Source: an uncultured Sphingobacterium sp. (GTDB lineage: Bacteria; Bacteroidota; Bacteroidia; Sphingobacteriales; Sphingobacteriaceae). Taken from it: 64,000 bases of DNA. Below, in pieces: positions 19,013-29,252 of this stretch. Both the position numbers and the translations under genes were made by a program. The notes under the pieces are model-generated. The model was given only the letters and a program-made list of their open reading frames with translations, was not told the origin of the DNA and made no database searches. How positions within the stretch are numbered: the first letter of the stretch is position 1; the number at the start of each line of letters is the position of its first letter. The DNA lies in contig CANRHE010000001.1 of the NCBI GenBank assembly GCA_947630335.1, positions 620-64,619 of the forward strand, in the 5' to 3' direction.

Positions 19013-20662
19013 ATGAGACATATAATCAAACCTTTTGTTTTCACAGCTTTATCATTTACAATATGGAGCTGCACAGACTTAGATGTTGACATCAAATCAC
19101 AATTTACTGAATTTCCAGATAATGAGCGCGCCGCTGAAGCAATTTCTGCAGATGTGTATACTGCTTATCGCGGAGCCTTAGGTAGAGATCATTGGATGGT
19201 ACAATCCTTATCAGCAGACGAAGCAGTAAGCGTATCTATGGGGTCAGATTGGTATGATGGAGGGCAATATAGACAATTTCATGTCCACAATTGGAATGCA
19301 GATAACAATATGTTAACCAATATGTGGAATTCTGCCATTGTCGGGATAGTAAATAGCAATAATGTATTAACCATTATTAATAATGATGAAGCTGATATTG
19401 CAGCTCCTATTCGGGCAATGCGTGCATTCTATCATTTTATTTTGATGGATAATTTTGGAGCGGCTCCTATACTAAAAGGTAGAGTCGAGGTTCAACCAGA
19501 CAGATCTCCAAGACCGGAAGTATGCCGATTCATTGAGTCGGAATTACTTGAAATAAAAGACAAGTTACCAACAACTGTAAACTCTAGTACATACGGAAAA
19601 GTAACCAAATATATGGCTGAGGCTTTACTCGCGAAGCTATATTTAAATTGGTCGGTGTATACTGCACAAAATGTAGAAGATTATACCCCCATCGCATCAA
19701 ACGAAAAACTACAGGAAGTAGTAAAAATGTGCGATAATATCATAGCTTCCAATCAATTTAACCTAACTAGTCACAAATTCTTAGAAAAATTTCGCCCAGA
19801 TAATGGTCCTCAAATCAAAGATTTCATTTTTGTAATGCCATTTGATAAAGAAAGTCAGCAAGGAATGACATTTGCACGCTTTTGGATACATCGTAGCGCA
19901 CAAAATCAATTCGCAAATCTACCGCAGAGTGTGGGAGGAACTTTCCGTGTATTACCCACTTATTTAGATAAATTCAATTTACCAGGAGACGAACGCAACG
20001 CTTCATATATTGGAGGAAAGCAATATTATTGGAGTAATTATCAAGAAGACAGAACTAGACCATTTTTAATTCGTACTTCAAAAAAAGGCATAGACCAAGA
20101 TTACGTGGGTGCAGATGCAGACGCGCAATTTGATTGGCAATTGGATATCACCAGAGACATTGTTCTTCGCCCAGATGGAGCAGCTACACTTAATGTTGGA
20201 AATGATCAAAAAGGTCGATCTATGGGATACAGATCTATTAAATTTTATATGGATGTCAATGTGACTTCTGCTCACCAACGCAATCAAAGTAATGATGTTC
20301 CAATTTTTAGATATGCAGACATTTTATTAATGAAAGCTGAAGCCATTTTACGTGGGGCATCTGCGACAAATGGTGAAACACCAATGAGCTTAGTCAATCA
20401 AATACGCTCATATGTTAAAGCCCCATTATTAACTACAGCTCCTACATTACAAGATTTATTGGATGAACGTGCCAGAGAATTTGCAGATGAATCTTGGAGA
20501 CGTAATGATCTTATTCGCTATGGAAAGTTTGAAGACAAATGGGGCTTCAGGGATTTATATGCAGCCAGCTATACAGAAAAATTCAGACGAATCTTCCCTG
20601 TTCCTACGACAGTTCTCAACTTAAACAATATTTGGAAACAAAATCCTGGATACGTTAATTAA
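19013..20662 (+). CDS. SusD/RagB lipoprotein
   Basis: Start at MRHIIK (19013); lipobox IWSC; FRYADILLMKAEA; ERAREF; QNPGY. Confidence 0.95.
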   Translation: MRHIIKPFVFTALSFTIWSCTDLDVDIKSQFTEFPDNERAAEAISADVYTAYRGALGRDHWMVQSLSADEAVSVSMGSDWYDGGQYRQFHVHNWNADNNMLTNMWNSAIVGIVNSNNVLTIINNDEADIAAPIRAMRAFYHFILMDNFGAAPILKGRVEVQPDRSPRPEVCRFIESELLEIKDKLPTTVNSSTYGKVTKYMAEALLAKLYLNWSVYTAQNVEDYTPIASNEKLQEVVKMCDNIIASNQFNLTSHKFLEKFRPDNGPQIKDFIFVMPFDKESQQGMTFARFWIHRSAQNQFANLPQSVGGTFRVLPTYLDKFNLPGDERNASYIGGKQYYWSNYQEDRTRPFLIRTSKKGIDQDYVGADADAQFDWQLDITRDIVLRPDGAATLNVGNDQKGRSMGYRSIKFYMDVNVTSAHQRNQSNDVPIFRYADILLMKAEAILRGASATNGETPMSLVNQIRSYVKAPLLTTAPTLQDLLDERAREFADESWRRNDLIRYGKFEDKWGFRDLYAASYTEKFRRIFPVPTTVLNLNNIWKQNPGYVN

Positions 20663-20665
20663 AAC

Positions 20666-21676
20666 ATGAGGAGAAGACAATTTTTAAAAAACACAATTAC
20701 TAGCGCAATAGGAACTAGTATTGCAGGTTCTTCACTTGGAAAGCTAGCATCACCAAATATCATCACAAATATTGATAGTGAAGATATTGATGGACGATCT
20801 AATTTAACGAACGAAGGTTTATTACATTTTGTAGCAATAGGCGATTGGGGACGTAATGGAGCTGACCATCAACTGCAAGTAGCTAAACAGATGGGCAATT
20901 GGGTAACAAATAATCCAAATGACTTTATCATATCCACTGGAGATAATTTTTATCCTAGCGGCGTAATTAGTGAACATGACCCTTTATGGTATTATTCTTT
21001 TGAAAATATCTATACAGATTTTGCTTTGCAGTGGGATTGGTATCCAATCTTAGGAAATCATGATTATAAGTCTGATCCTGATGCACAAGTACGTTACACT
21101 AAAGTTAGTAGGCGCTGGAAAATGCCAGCTCGTTATTATAGCAAGGTATTCAATCTCAAAGGAAAAGGGGAAGTTTTAATAGCATTTATTGATACCAATC
21201 CTTTAATACCTGAGTTTTATAAAAACAGTGAATATGGACCTCATGTTGCAGGTCAACAGCCCGAAAAGCAATTGGAATGGCTAGATAAACTACTCGCAAC
21301 TCAAAATCCAGAAATAAAGTGGAAAATTGTGGTTGGTCATCATCCGATTTACACGGTTGGTCCTCGTACTAATAATTACGATACATTAGCGGTTAGGACA
21401 GTTTTGGAGGATATACTGCAAAAAAATAAAGTAGATGTATACCTATCTGGCCATGATCATTCTTTACAACATATTACAGTTGAACAGAAGCACTTTCATC
21501 AATTCATTTCAGGATCAGGATCAGAGGTGACACCTATCAAGTCAGATCTCAAAATAAGCAGATTTGCAGCCGCTGATTATGGTTTCATGTATTTTGCAGT
21601 AGATGATAAACGCTTATGTGTTAAAATCATCAATCATGAAGGAAAAAAGCTTTATGAAACGACAATCCACAAATAA
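20666..21676 (+). CDS. Tat-exported purple acid (tartrate-resistant ACP5-like) phosphatase
   Basis: MRRRQFLK twin-arginine signal; GDWG, GDNFY, GNHD, GHHP, GHDH metallophosphoesterase motifs. Confidence 0.9.
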   Translation: MRRRQFLKNTITSAIGTSIAGSSLGKLASPNIITNIDSEDIDGRSNLTNEGLLHFVAIGDWGRNGADHQLQVAKQMGNWVTNNPNDFIISTGDNFYPSGVISEHDPLWYYSFENIYTDFALQWDWYPILGNHDYKSDPDAQVRYTKVSRRWKMPARYYSKVFNLKGKGEVLIAFIDTNPLIPEFYKNSEYGPHVAGQQPEKQLEWLDKLLATQNPEIKWKIVVGHHPIYTVGPRTNNYDTLAVRTVLEDILQKNKVDVYLSGHDHSLQHITVEQKHFHQFISGSGSEVTPIKSDLKISRFAAADYGFMYFAVDDKRLCVKIINHEGKKLYETTIHK

Positions 21677-21731
21677 AGAAAGAATATCTTGATGCGAAAT
21701 TCGTAGATGGTAAGATTAAGTAGAATATTAC

Positions 21732-21762
21732 AAATGGGTAGCATTTAATTTGCTACCTATTT
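21732..21762 (+). terminator. Islet operon terminator
   Basis: AAATGGGTAGCA...TGCTACCTATTT. Confidence 0.6.
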
Positions 21763-21779
21763 ACATTCATTAATACCTT

Positions 21780-22078
21780 TGTGGCACATTATCTCGTGGG
21801 AGGTACGTCTCAGAAAAAACATAGACAAAGTCTGAAAGAGCGCTCTTATATATGTAAAAAACAGAATGCTAATTAGCGAATACAAAGATGCCCTACGGCA
21901 AATACAAAGGTATACTCCTTTGTCATCTTCCAGAACCGTATCTTGTACGGTATCATACTAAAGGATTCCCTACCAGAAAATTAGGTATTCAGTTAGCAAC
22001 ACTTTATGTAATTAAATGGTCTAGAGTACTTACTACGTCCACTCATTAAAAAATAAAATACAATAATGCTGATTTATT
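21780..22078 (+). pseudogene. Direct repeat, copy 2: decayed GT2 3' end and DUF3820
   Basis: Relative to copy 1: ~110-bp deletion removing the DUF3820 start, a 5-bp frameshift deletion, and TGG>CGG and GGA>AGA substitutions. Confidence 0.93.
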
Positions 22079-22146
22079 AGAGATTATGTATCTTTGTATT
22101 ATTAAATAATTACATTAAACGCCGTTTGCAGCGGTATCAATGCCAT

Positions 22147-23133
22147 ATGACATCATATCAAACATTGCTGTACTACTGTTACAGCCCAATCGAAAATGCA
22201 GAACAATTTGCTGCAGATCACTTAGAATTTTGTAAATCTTTAGGCCTTGTAGGTCGTATTATCGTAGCTGATGAAGGTCTTAATGGAACTGTATCCGGAA
22301 CACCTGAAGCATGTAAAGCTTACATGGATGCTATTTATGCAGATGGAAGGTTTAATCATACCGAATTCAAAATTGATAATGTAGAGGAACCCTCATTTAT
22401 CAAAATGCACTGCAGATACAAAGCCGAAATAGTACATTCTGGCCTGCGTGACCCTAAAGAAATCGATCCAACTAAACAAACTGGTATTCACTTAGAGCCT
22501 AAGGATTTTTTAGCAATGAAAGATCAAGAGGACGTAGTCATATTAGATGTTCGCTCAAATTACGAACATAATTTGGGACATTTTAAAAATGCAGTGACAT
22601 TAGATATAGACAATTTTCGCGAATTCCCAGAGAAAGTCAAGGAACTACAACATCTAAAAGGTAAGAAAATATTAACCTATTGCACTGGAGGTATCAAATG
22701 TGAAAAAGCTTCTGCTTTATTATTAAAAGAAGGTTTTGAAGAAGTCTACCAATTACATGGAGGCATTATCAAATACGGAAAGGAAGCCGGCGGTAAAGAT
22801 TTTGAAGGAGACTGTTATGTATTCGATAATCGAGTAAAGGTTCCCGTTAATTCTGTCAACCCTACTATCATCTCGACGTGTAAAAATTGTGGTAAGACTA
22901 CAAATAAGATGATAAATTGTGCGAATGCCAAATGTAATGAGCACTTTACTCAGTGTGATGAATGCGGTTGGGAGTTAGAAGGCTGCTGTTCTGTAGAATG
23001 TCAATCTGTCCCAGATAAAAGAGAATACGATGGAACAGGTTATTATGTCAAAATTCCTCAGCCCGTTAATGCAGAAAAAATTTCTAAAAGAAAACATAAA
23101 AATTTTCCTCCGAAAGAAAAAGTAGAAGCATAA
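22147..23133 (+). CDS. trhO: tRNA U34 hydroxylase TrhO (YceA/UPF0176 rhodanese family)
   Basis: EGLNGTVSG, YCTGGIKCEKAS, LHGGIIKY, CYVFDNR, Cys-rich tail; TATCTTTG at 22089-22096. Confidence 0.9.
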   Translation: MTSYQTLLYYCYSPIENAEQFAADHLEFCKSLGLVGRIIVADEGLNGTVSGTPEACKAYMDAIYADGRFNHTEFKIDNVEEPSFIKMHCRYKAEIVHSGLRDPKEIDPTKQTGIHLEPKDFLAMKDQEDVVILDVRSNYEHNLGHFKNAVTLDIDNFREFPEKVKELQHLKGKKILTYCTGGIKCEKASALLLKEGFEEVYQLHGGIIKYGKEAGGKDFEGDCYVFDNRVKVPVNSVNPTIISTCKNCGKTTNKMINCANAKCNEHFTQCDECGWELEGCCSVECQSVPDKREYDGTGYYVKIPQPVNAEKISKRKHKNFPPKEKVEA

Positions 23134-23169
23134 AAAAGATGCCCCAACAATTGATGGGGCATCTTTTTT
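23132..23169. terminator. Bidirectional terminator
   Basis: AAAAAAGATGCCCCA...TGGGGCATCTTTTTT between convergent genes. Confidence 0.85.
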
Positions 23170-23172
23170 ATG

Positions 23173-24066
23173 CTATTTTATTTCCATTCTCAATTCTTCT
23201 TGCATTACTCTTGTAGTATTACCTACCTTATACTGATAGGATAATAAAAATACATTAAATTTCCGTCCAAATATCTCTTCCACTTGGAAAGTATTAGGAT
23301 ATCTAGAATCTCCATCTAGTTGTATAATATTAATATTCTTATATGGCTTTATTGTAACAGAGTTATCCGATCCAATCTCTAGTATCATAGATGTATTAGC
23401 TATACTATTAATATTATTAGCGAATGATTCGGTTCCAGCGATAACACGTACACTATTCTTTGTTAATGGATATAACTGCTTACTACCAGCAGTAATTGCA
23501 CCATTCTGTAGACCAGACATTGTATAATAAGAGTTTACAGCTTGAGAAGCATATTGATTATAAATTAGCACCTTGTACAATATATTCTTCTTTTTATCAT
23601 TTAACTCTACTCCATCTTTACTTAAAGCCTTAAGACTTATAAAATAAGTTGAATCAGGAGAAAGACCTTCAGGTTTTAGTTTTACTATAGTACGTCCCGT
23701 TCTTTCTCCTGCACGAATTATTAGGTTATAGTCGGGAATATTATACTTATCTTTAGATAACAAATTTGCATATAACTTTGTGTCTGCATCATACAATGAC
23801 CAATTATATCGATCGAATGCTTCATTATCTTCGGCTAAAGATATGATAATATCTTCTTGTGGTGCATAGGAACCGCCTACGGATGCGGAGATATATCCAG
23901 TTACTTCATCTTCGGATAATGACACGACTTCTTCAAATGTGTTATGATAGGAGCTGCTGATTAAAGCTACTACATTCTTATACATCTCTTGTTCAAAAAC
24001 CTCTTTATCTTGACATGATGATATAAAAGCACTAAAAACAAGTAGCCATATTAAATTATTCTTCAT
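23173..24066 (-). CDS. PUL-type surface lipoprotein (DUF1735/BT_3044-like)
   Basis: Lipobox ISSC; EQEMYK and GLSPDSTYFI motifs; directly downstream of susD. Confidence 0.7.
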   Translation of the reverse strand: MKNNLIWLLVFSAFISSCQDKEVFEQEMYKNVVALISSSYHNTFEEVVSLSEDEVTGYISASVGGSYAPQEDIIISLAEDNEAFDRYNWSLYDADTKLYANLLSKDKYNIPDYNLIIRAGERTGRTIVKLKPEGLSPDSTYFISLKALSKDGVELNDKKKNILYKVLIYNQYASQAVNSYYTMSGLQNGAITAGSKQLYPLTKNSVRVIAGTESFANNINSIANTSMILEIGSDNSVTIKPYKNINIIQLDGDSRYPNTFQVEEIFGRKFNVFLLSYQYKVGNTTRVMQEELRMEIK

Positions 24067-24085
24067 CTTTAATTATTTTTTAACA

Positions 24086-26107
24086 TTAATAACCTGGATT
24101 TTGAACGACAGAAGGCAATCTTCTTAACTCTGCTCTAGGAATAGGCAACCATACTAATTTTTTATTTACTTCCCTTTTCAAAAAATTAGAGGAACCCGGT
24201 ATTACGCGACGATAAAATGACTCGGGAGTTGAGCCGTCTGGATTCATACCACTCATCGGTTCTCGTTCGGTCTCTTCATAGATTCCCCATCTTCTAACAT
24301 CATAGTAGCGAAGATTCTCCCATAGAAATTCTACCATTCTCTCTCTCTCTATACTTTTTTGTACTAGAGTTGGGTTATTTAATTCATGATCCGAAATTCC
24401 TGGTAAACCTGCACGGTAACGAACTAGATTAAACTTATTTTTTATTTCTTCCACATCTCTACTTAAGGTATAGGACACCCCATCCAATTCGATAGTATGA
24501 CTTGTTGTTAAATTATTTAATGCCTCAGCATAAATCATCAAGATTTCAGCATATCGGATAATCGAATAAGCCTTATTAATAGTCCGCGCTCCAGTACCAG
24601 ATAAAGCATCCATGGGGTGATTATACTTCTTTATTACATACCCAGTAATCGGGTAGTTAGGAGACGATGCTGTAACTCCTCCACGGCCATCAGCACCTTG
24701 ATAAAAGTAATCTGCGACATGATTGTTTTTAGAAACAACACTCAAGTTTTGCCAAACAGCTCCATTAAATCCGATAGATGCATAAAACCGCATCTCCCTG
24801 TTGGCATACATATTATACACTCCTGCATGTAATGGGTATCCCGAAAAATGACGAGCTTGAGAAGTAAAACCAGTTTCAGAGTAATACCCATCAACCGTCG
24901 CTTCTTCTTTTGAACGCCCATCATCCATCAAATAGGAGTCAACTACCTTTTGAGTCACACAGAAACGTCCCCAACCTCCCAGTGAAGGAGGGAATGCTCC
25001 TTGATTAATAGTCGTATTTAAGTAAGAGGTATTTCTTGCCCAAATAAACTCTTTATTTACAGCGGGATAAGCCTCTCCAGTAAAAATATCTGAATAGGAT
25101 TTAAAGGCATCAATACCATTTGCGCCATTTGGAAAAGTATTGTAAAAATTAGGATCTGAGGTGACACCTAATGGCAGAGAGGCGGTATAATCCTCAGCTG
25201 CGACCGTATAGAGTTGATATTGCCCCATATCCATAACTCTTTTAGCTGCTGCTGCTGCAATAGCCCATCTCTTTTCTTCGTACTTTTGAGAAACATAATT
25301 CACTCCATCTGATTTTCTAATCCATGAACCGTAATAAGAATTCGCCGAACGACCTCCATTAAACAGAGGGCTTGCATGCATCAACCTTAATCGCGCTATT
25401 AAAGCATATGCAGCACCTTTAGTAGGCTTACCAAAATCTAATACCCCCACATCTTTGGGTAACAATCGACCTGCCGACTCAAACTCTGAACAAATATATT
25501 CCATCGCCTCATCATAAGTGGCACGTTCCCGATCATAATACGCCAGCTCTTCATTAGTATTTACGACTTCATCACCTAATAAGATTGGTGGCCCAAAATC
25601 TAATAGTAAATTATAATAAGCGTAGGCTCTTATAAATCGAGCATACCCTTCAATTTTAGCGCGATTTGTATACGTCAAATCCTTGGGAACATCTAGGTTA
25701 TTTAGAACATTATTAGACTTACGAATAATCTTATAATATCGTCCCCATTGATTTAAGTTTTGGGCTCCTTCTCCATAAAAATCTGGCGTAATGCGTCCAG
25801 TCGCAAAGTCCATACCATGATAAATATTACCTGTACCATTAGCATTTGTCAAGCCATTAAGTCCCTCATCAGTAGCCATGGGGCCAGGGGTATAAGCATA
25901 ACGTATAGTATTGGACTCATCGATGAAAAGAGCTGCTGCTCCCCACATATAAGCTTCTATATTACGAGTACTACTAAATGCTGAGTCAATCTTAAATTCA
26001 TCATCAAAATAATTATCAATATTCAAATAATCCTTGCACGAAGTGGATGACAATACAGTTAACAGTATAGCCATTCTAATAATATTCTTTAGGGTTAATG
26101 CTTTCAT
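24086..26107 (-). CDS. SusD/RagB lipoprotein
   Basis: TSCKDYL, ARFIRAYAY, IRYAEILMIYAEA, ERMVEF, QNPGY. Confidence 0.95.
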   Translation of the reverse strand: MKALTLKNIIRMAILLTVLSSTSCKDYLNIDNYFDDEFKIDSAFSSTRNIEAYMWGAAALFIDESNTIRYAYTPGPMATDEGLNGLTNANGTGNIYHGMDFATGRITPDFYGEGAQNLNQWGRYYKIIRKSNNVLNNLDVPKDLTYTNRAKIEGYARFIRAYAYYNLLLDFGPPILLGDEVVNTNEELAYYDRERATYDEAMEYICSEFESAGRLLPKDVGVLDFGKPTKGAAYALIARLRLMHASPLFNGGRSANSYYGSWIRKSDGVNYVSQKYEEKRWAIAAAAAKRVMDMGQYQLYTVAAEDYTASLPLGVTSDPNFYNTFPNGANGIDAFKSYSDIFTGEAYPAVNKEFIWARNTSYLNTTINQGAFPPSLGGWGRFCVTQKVVDSYLMDDGRSKEEATVDGYYSETGFTSQARHFSGYPLHAGVYNMYANREMRFYASIGFNGAVWQNLSVVSKNNHVADYFYQGADGRGGVTASSPNYPITGYVIKKYNHPMDALSGTGARTINKAYSIIRYAEILMIYAEALNNLTTSHTIELDGVSYTLSRDVEEIKNKFNLVRYRAGLPGISDHELNNPTLVQKSIERERMVEFLWENLRYYDVRRWGIYEETEREPMSGMNPDGSTPESFYRRVIPGSSNFLKREVNKKLVWLPIPRAELRRLPSVVQNPGY

Positions 26108-26131
26108 TACAAAAAGTGGTTTCTTTTAATC

Positions 26132-29100
26132 TTAAAAATTAACATAGACTTGAAGAGAGTAGGTTGACGGGATGGGATATCTTCGTCCATTAAACCTTGC
26201 TTGTTCTGGGTCAAAAATCTTTACACTATCCCATGTATATAAATTGTTTCCTACAAACTGTAGATCCAAGGAGTTAATACCCACACGTTTTAAAAAGTTT
26301 GGACTGACATTATAACTTACACTAATCTCTTGTAAGCGTAGATACTTTGCATCTCCTTGCCAAAAAGTAGAAGTCTGATTATTATTAGCACTACCTCCAT
26401 AAGATAATCTTGGAAACATCGCATTAGGATTTTCAGCCAAGCTAGGATCAATACCATTAGCTAGAGCAAAATCCATCGGGATCCAACGATTAGATGGGTC
26501 TGCGACGATATCTAATACATTACCTAAAGCGCCTTCATAAAATGGACGATAACCTATACCTCCATAGAAAAAAGGACTACTACCAGTACCTTTAAATAAT
26601 ATACCTACAGATAGATTTTTATAGCGGACTTCACCACCAAGACCATACATAAACAATGGTAATTCATCATTATGTGTCAATGGAACACGATCCAAATTAT
26701 CGATGATTCCATCACCATTTACGTCCTTATACTTAATATCCCCTGGCAATACAGCTCCAAATGTTTGTTGAGGGCTATATTTGATGTCGTCATCATCTTT
26801 GAATAATCCTATAGCCTGCAGGCCACGAATAGATTTGTGAGGGAAATCGTTATATTCAAGGTATGAATACTCTAAGTAAGCTTGCTCCCAATTCAAAACC
26901 TTATTGGTTGCATATGTAAAGTTACCACGAATGGTATAATCAAAGTCTGAATTCACTTTTCCCTTGTAAGAAATATTCCCATCTGCACCAGAACTAACCA
27001 TACGTCCTACATTAGCGTATGGATTTGAAATAACACCTACATAATCTGGCACCTGAACCCTTTGTTGAAAAATACCATTACGTTGATCTTTAAAAAAGTC
27101 AACTACAAAATCTATACGATTATTCAATAGTTTACCTTCAAAACCAATATTTGATTTTATGGCTCTTTCCCAAGCCAAATTGTCTGCACCAATACGTGTT
27201 TCTTGGATAGTTTCTATACCACTGACACCCCAAACTGGGCCACCGAAAGGAGTTTCTTGAGACACTTTGGTTAAGTAAGGAAATCGAACAGCAGATATAC
27301 GGTCATTTCCTACAGAACCATAAGAGCCACGAATTTTGAAATAATTTAACCATGGCATTTTATCCTTCACTAGATCATAACTCGTTGGCACCCATCCTAA
27401 AGCTACAGAAGGGAAAAAACCATACTGTCTACCTGGTTGAAAATTCTCAGATCCAGTATACCCAAAATTTGCATCTATCAAATAGGTATCATCATAACCA
27501 TATGTAAAGCGACTAGATACACCCTGATAGCGTAAAGGAATAGCTTCCAAATTTCCTATGGCATTTCTAGTATCCTTCTCATCACTTAGATAATAATATA
27601 ATAATGCCGAGGTACGGTGAACACTATTAAACACTTTATCATAATTCAGGACAGACTCAAAAAAATATTTTCTAAACTGTCTAGTCGACTTATTGTAATT
27701 AGCCTTTTGTTCTGGAACGGTCTGTATAGTAATTAATGACCCATCTGCAGCCCTTCCTAAGGCATTGTATAATGCTGGCTGAATATATCTTATTTCAGAA
27801 AAGTAACTATATATATCATAAGCTCCTTGCACTCGAAATTTCAAGCCATCTAAAACTGATGCTAAATCTTGATTAAGGGCTAATGTAGTTTTACCTCTAT
27901 ACTGTTCATCTGTCGCCTTACCAGTCCTATTAATCATTACATAAGGAGAAGATTGGTCTCCTGAACCACGGCCTGGTAAAAGACCATTAGAAAATATCGT
28001 AGGAATACTTAATGGTGTTAATCTCGACTGCGCACCCCAAATATAATCAGTGTTAGCTATACCTGGTTGAGAATGACTGGACAAGTATCCATCCGAACCT
28101 AAAAATACTTTTGTAGACTTTGTTAAATTAACATCTAAATTTATGCGATAGGTATAGGAATTAAAACCTACATTAGAGCTGTAGACAGAATTTTTGTCTA
28201 CTTTGTATGCTGCAGTTTGATTTTTACTTCCAAGCGATAAAAAGTAACGAGCTACTTCACTCCCTCCTCTCCCACTAACGTAATAACTATTAGACCAAAA
28301 GTGTTTATTCAAAATTTCATCTTGCCAATTAACGTTAGGATATAAATCAGGATCCAAGCCGTCTTCAATTATGCCCAATTCTGTTTGATTGTACAAAGCC
28401 GAATTACCTCGAACAATATTGGCCTCATTAGCAAGTAAGGCATATTGATAAGCATCTACGTACTTTGGTAGTCTATTTAGCAAAGATAATGTTGTATTAG
28501 CTCGAGCTGTTAACTGGATTCTATCGACCAATCCTCTCTTTGTCGTCACAAGCACCACGCCATTAGCCCCACGGACACCATATACAGCTGTTGCAGAAGC
28601 ATCCTTTAGAATAGAAAAACTCTCAATATCTGCAGGATCAATGGTACTTAAATCACCTTCTAAACCATCAATCAAAACTAAAGCTTTATTATTTGCACCA
28701 AAAGTTCCGATACCTCTAATCCAAAAGTCTGCAACATTTTTCCCTGGTTCTCCACTAGTTTGCATTGAAATTACACCAGCTGCTCTTCCGCCAAGCAAAT
28801 TCGTTATTGAAGGTGCTGGACTTTGCAAGTCTTTAGTATCAACTGTAGTTATAGCACCAACGGAGCTAATTTTCCGTTGTACATTACCAAGACCGACAAC
28901 GACTACTTCATCAATAACTGCATTATCTTCCGCCAATGTAATTTTCAAATTAGAATCATCAGCAATTACCAAATATTCTTGAGGTTCAAAACCAACAGAA
29001 CTAAACACAAGCTTATCCCCATAGATAGCTTTAATTCTAAATTGTCCTGAAGTATTCGTTGAGTAGCCAATAGATGGTTTATCTTTGACATATATAGATA

Positions 29101-29236
29101 CATTGGGTAAAGGTTTCTCATTTTGATCAACCACTACTCCCGAAATCAAAAACTCTTTGTTTTGTTGAGCAATAGTTTTGAATGGTTGGATAAATATCGT
29201 TAACACTAGAAACGATATAAAATATATTGTTTTCAT
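26132..29236 (-). CDS. SusC/RagA TonB-dependent transporter
   Basis: Start at MKTIYF (29236); DIESFSILKDASATAVYGVRGANGVV; C-terminal YVNF. Confidence 0.96.
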   Translation of the reverse strand: MKTIYFISFLVLTIFIQPFKTIAQQNKEFLISGVVVDQNEKPLPNVSIYVKDKPSIGYSTNTSGQFRIKAIYGDKLVFSSVGFEPQEYLVIADDSNLKITLAEDNAVIDEVVVVGLGNVQRKISSVGAITTVDTKDLQSPAPSITNLLGGRAAGVISMQTSGEPGKNVADFWIRGIGTFGANNKALVLIDGLEGDLSTIDPADIESFSILKDASATAVYGVRGANGVVLVTTKRGLVDRIQLTARANTTLSLLNRLPKYVDAYQYALLANEANIVRGNSALYNQTELGIIEDGLDPDLYPNVNWQDEILNKHFWSNSYYVSGRGGSEVARYFLSLGSKNQTAAYKVDKNSVYSSNVGFNSYTYRINLDVNLTKSTKVFLGSDGYLSSHSQPGIANTDYIWGAQSRLTPLSIPTIFSNGLLPGRGSGDQSSPYVMINRTGKATDEQYRGKTTLALNQDLASVLDGLKFRVQGAYDIYSYFSEIRYIQPALYNALGRAADGSLITIQTVPEQKANYNKSTRQFRKYFFESVLNYDKVFNSVHRTSALLYYYLSDEKDTRNAIGNLEAIPLRYQGVSSRFTYGYDDTYLIDANFGYTGSENFQPGRQYGFFPSVALGWVPTSYDLVKDKMPWLNYFKIRGSYGSVGNDRISAVRFPYLTKVSQETPFGGPVWGVSGIETIQETRIGADNLAWERAIKSNIGFEGKLLNNRIDFVVDFFKDQRNGIFQQRVQVPDYVGVISNPYANVGRMVSSGADGNISYKGKVNSDFDYTIRGNFTYATNKVLNWEQAYLEYSYLEYNDFPHKSIRGLQAIGLFKDDDDIKYSPQQTFGAVLPGDIKYKDVNGDGIIDNLDRVPLTHNDELPLFMYGLGGEVRYKNLSVGILFKGTGSSPFFYGGIGYRPFYEGALGNVLDIVADPSNRWIPMDFALANGIDPSLAENPNAMFPRLSYGGSANNNQTSTFWQGDAKYLRLQEISVSYNVSPNFLKRVGINSLDLQFVGNNLYTWDSVKIFDPEQARFNGRRYPIPSTYSLQVYVNF

Positions 29237-29252
29237 TTTTAGGATAGTATTA

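Larger units (their letters stand above)
13333..21779. mobile_element. Genomic islet between direct repeats; no integrase seen
   Basis: Self-contained ECF-FecR-SusCD-phosphatase unit exactly bracketed by the duplicated host sequence. Confidence 0.65.
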
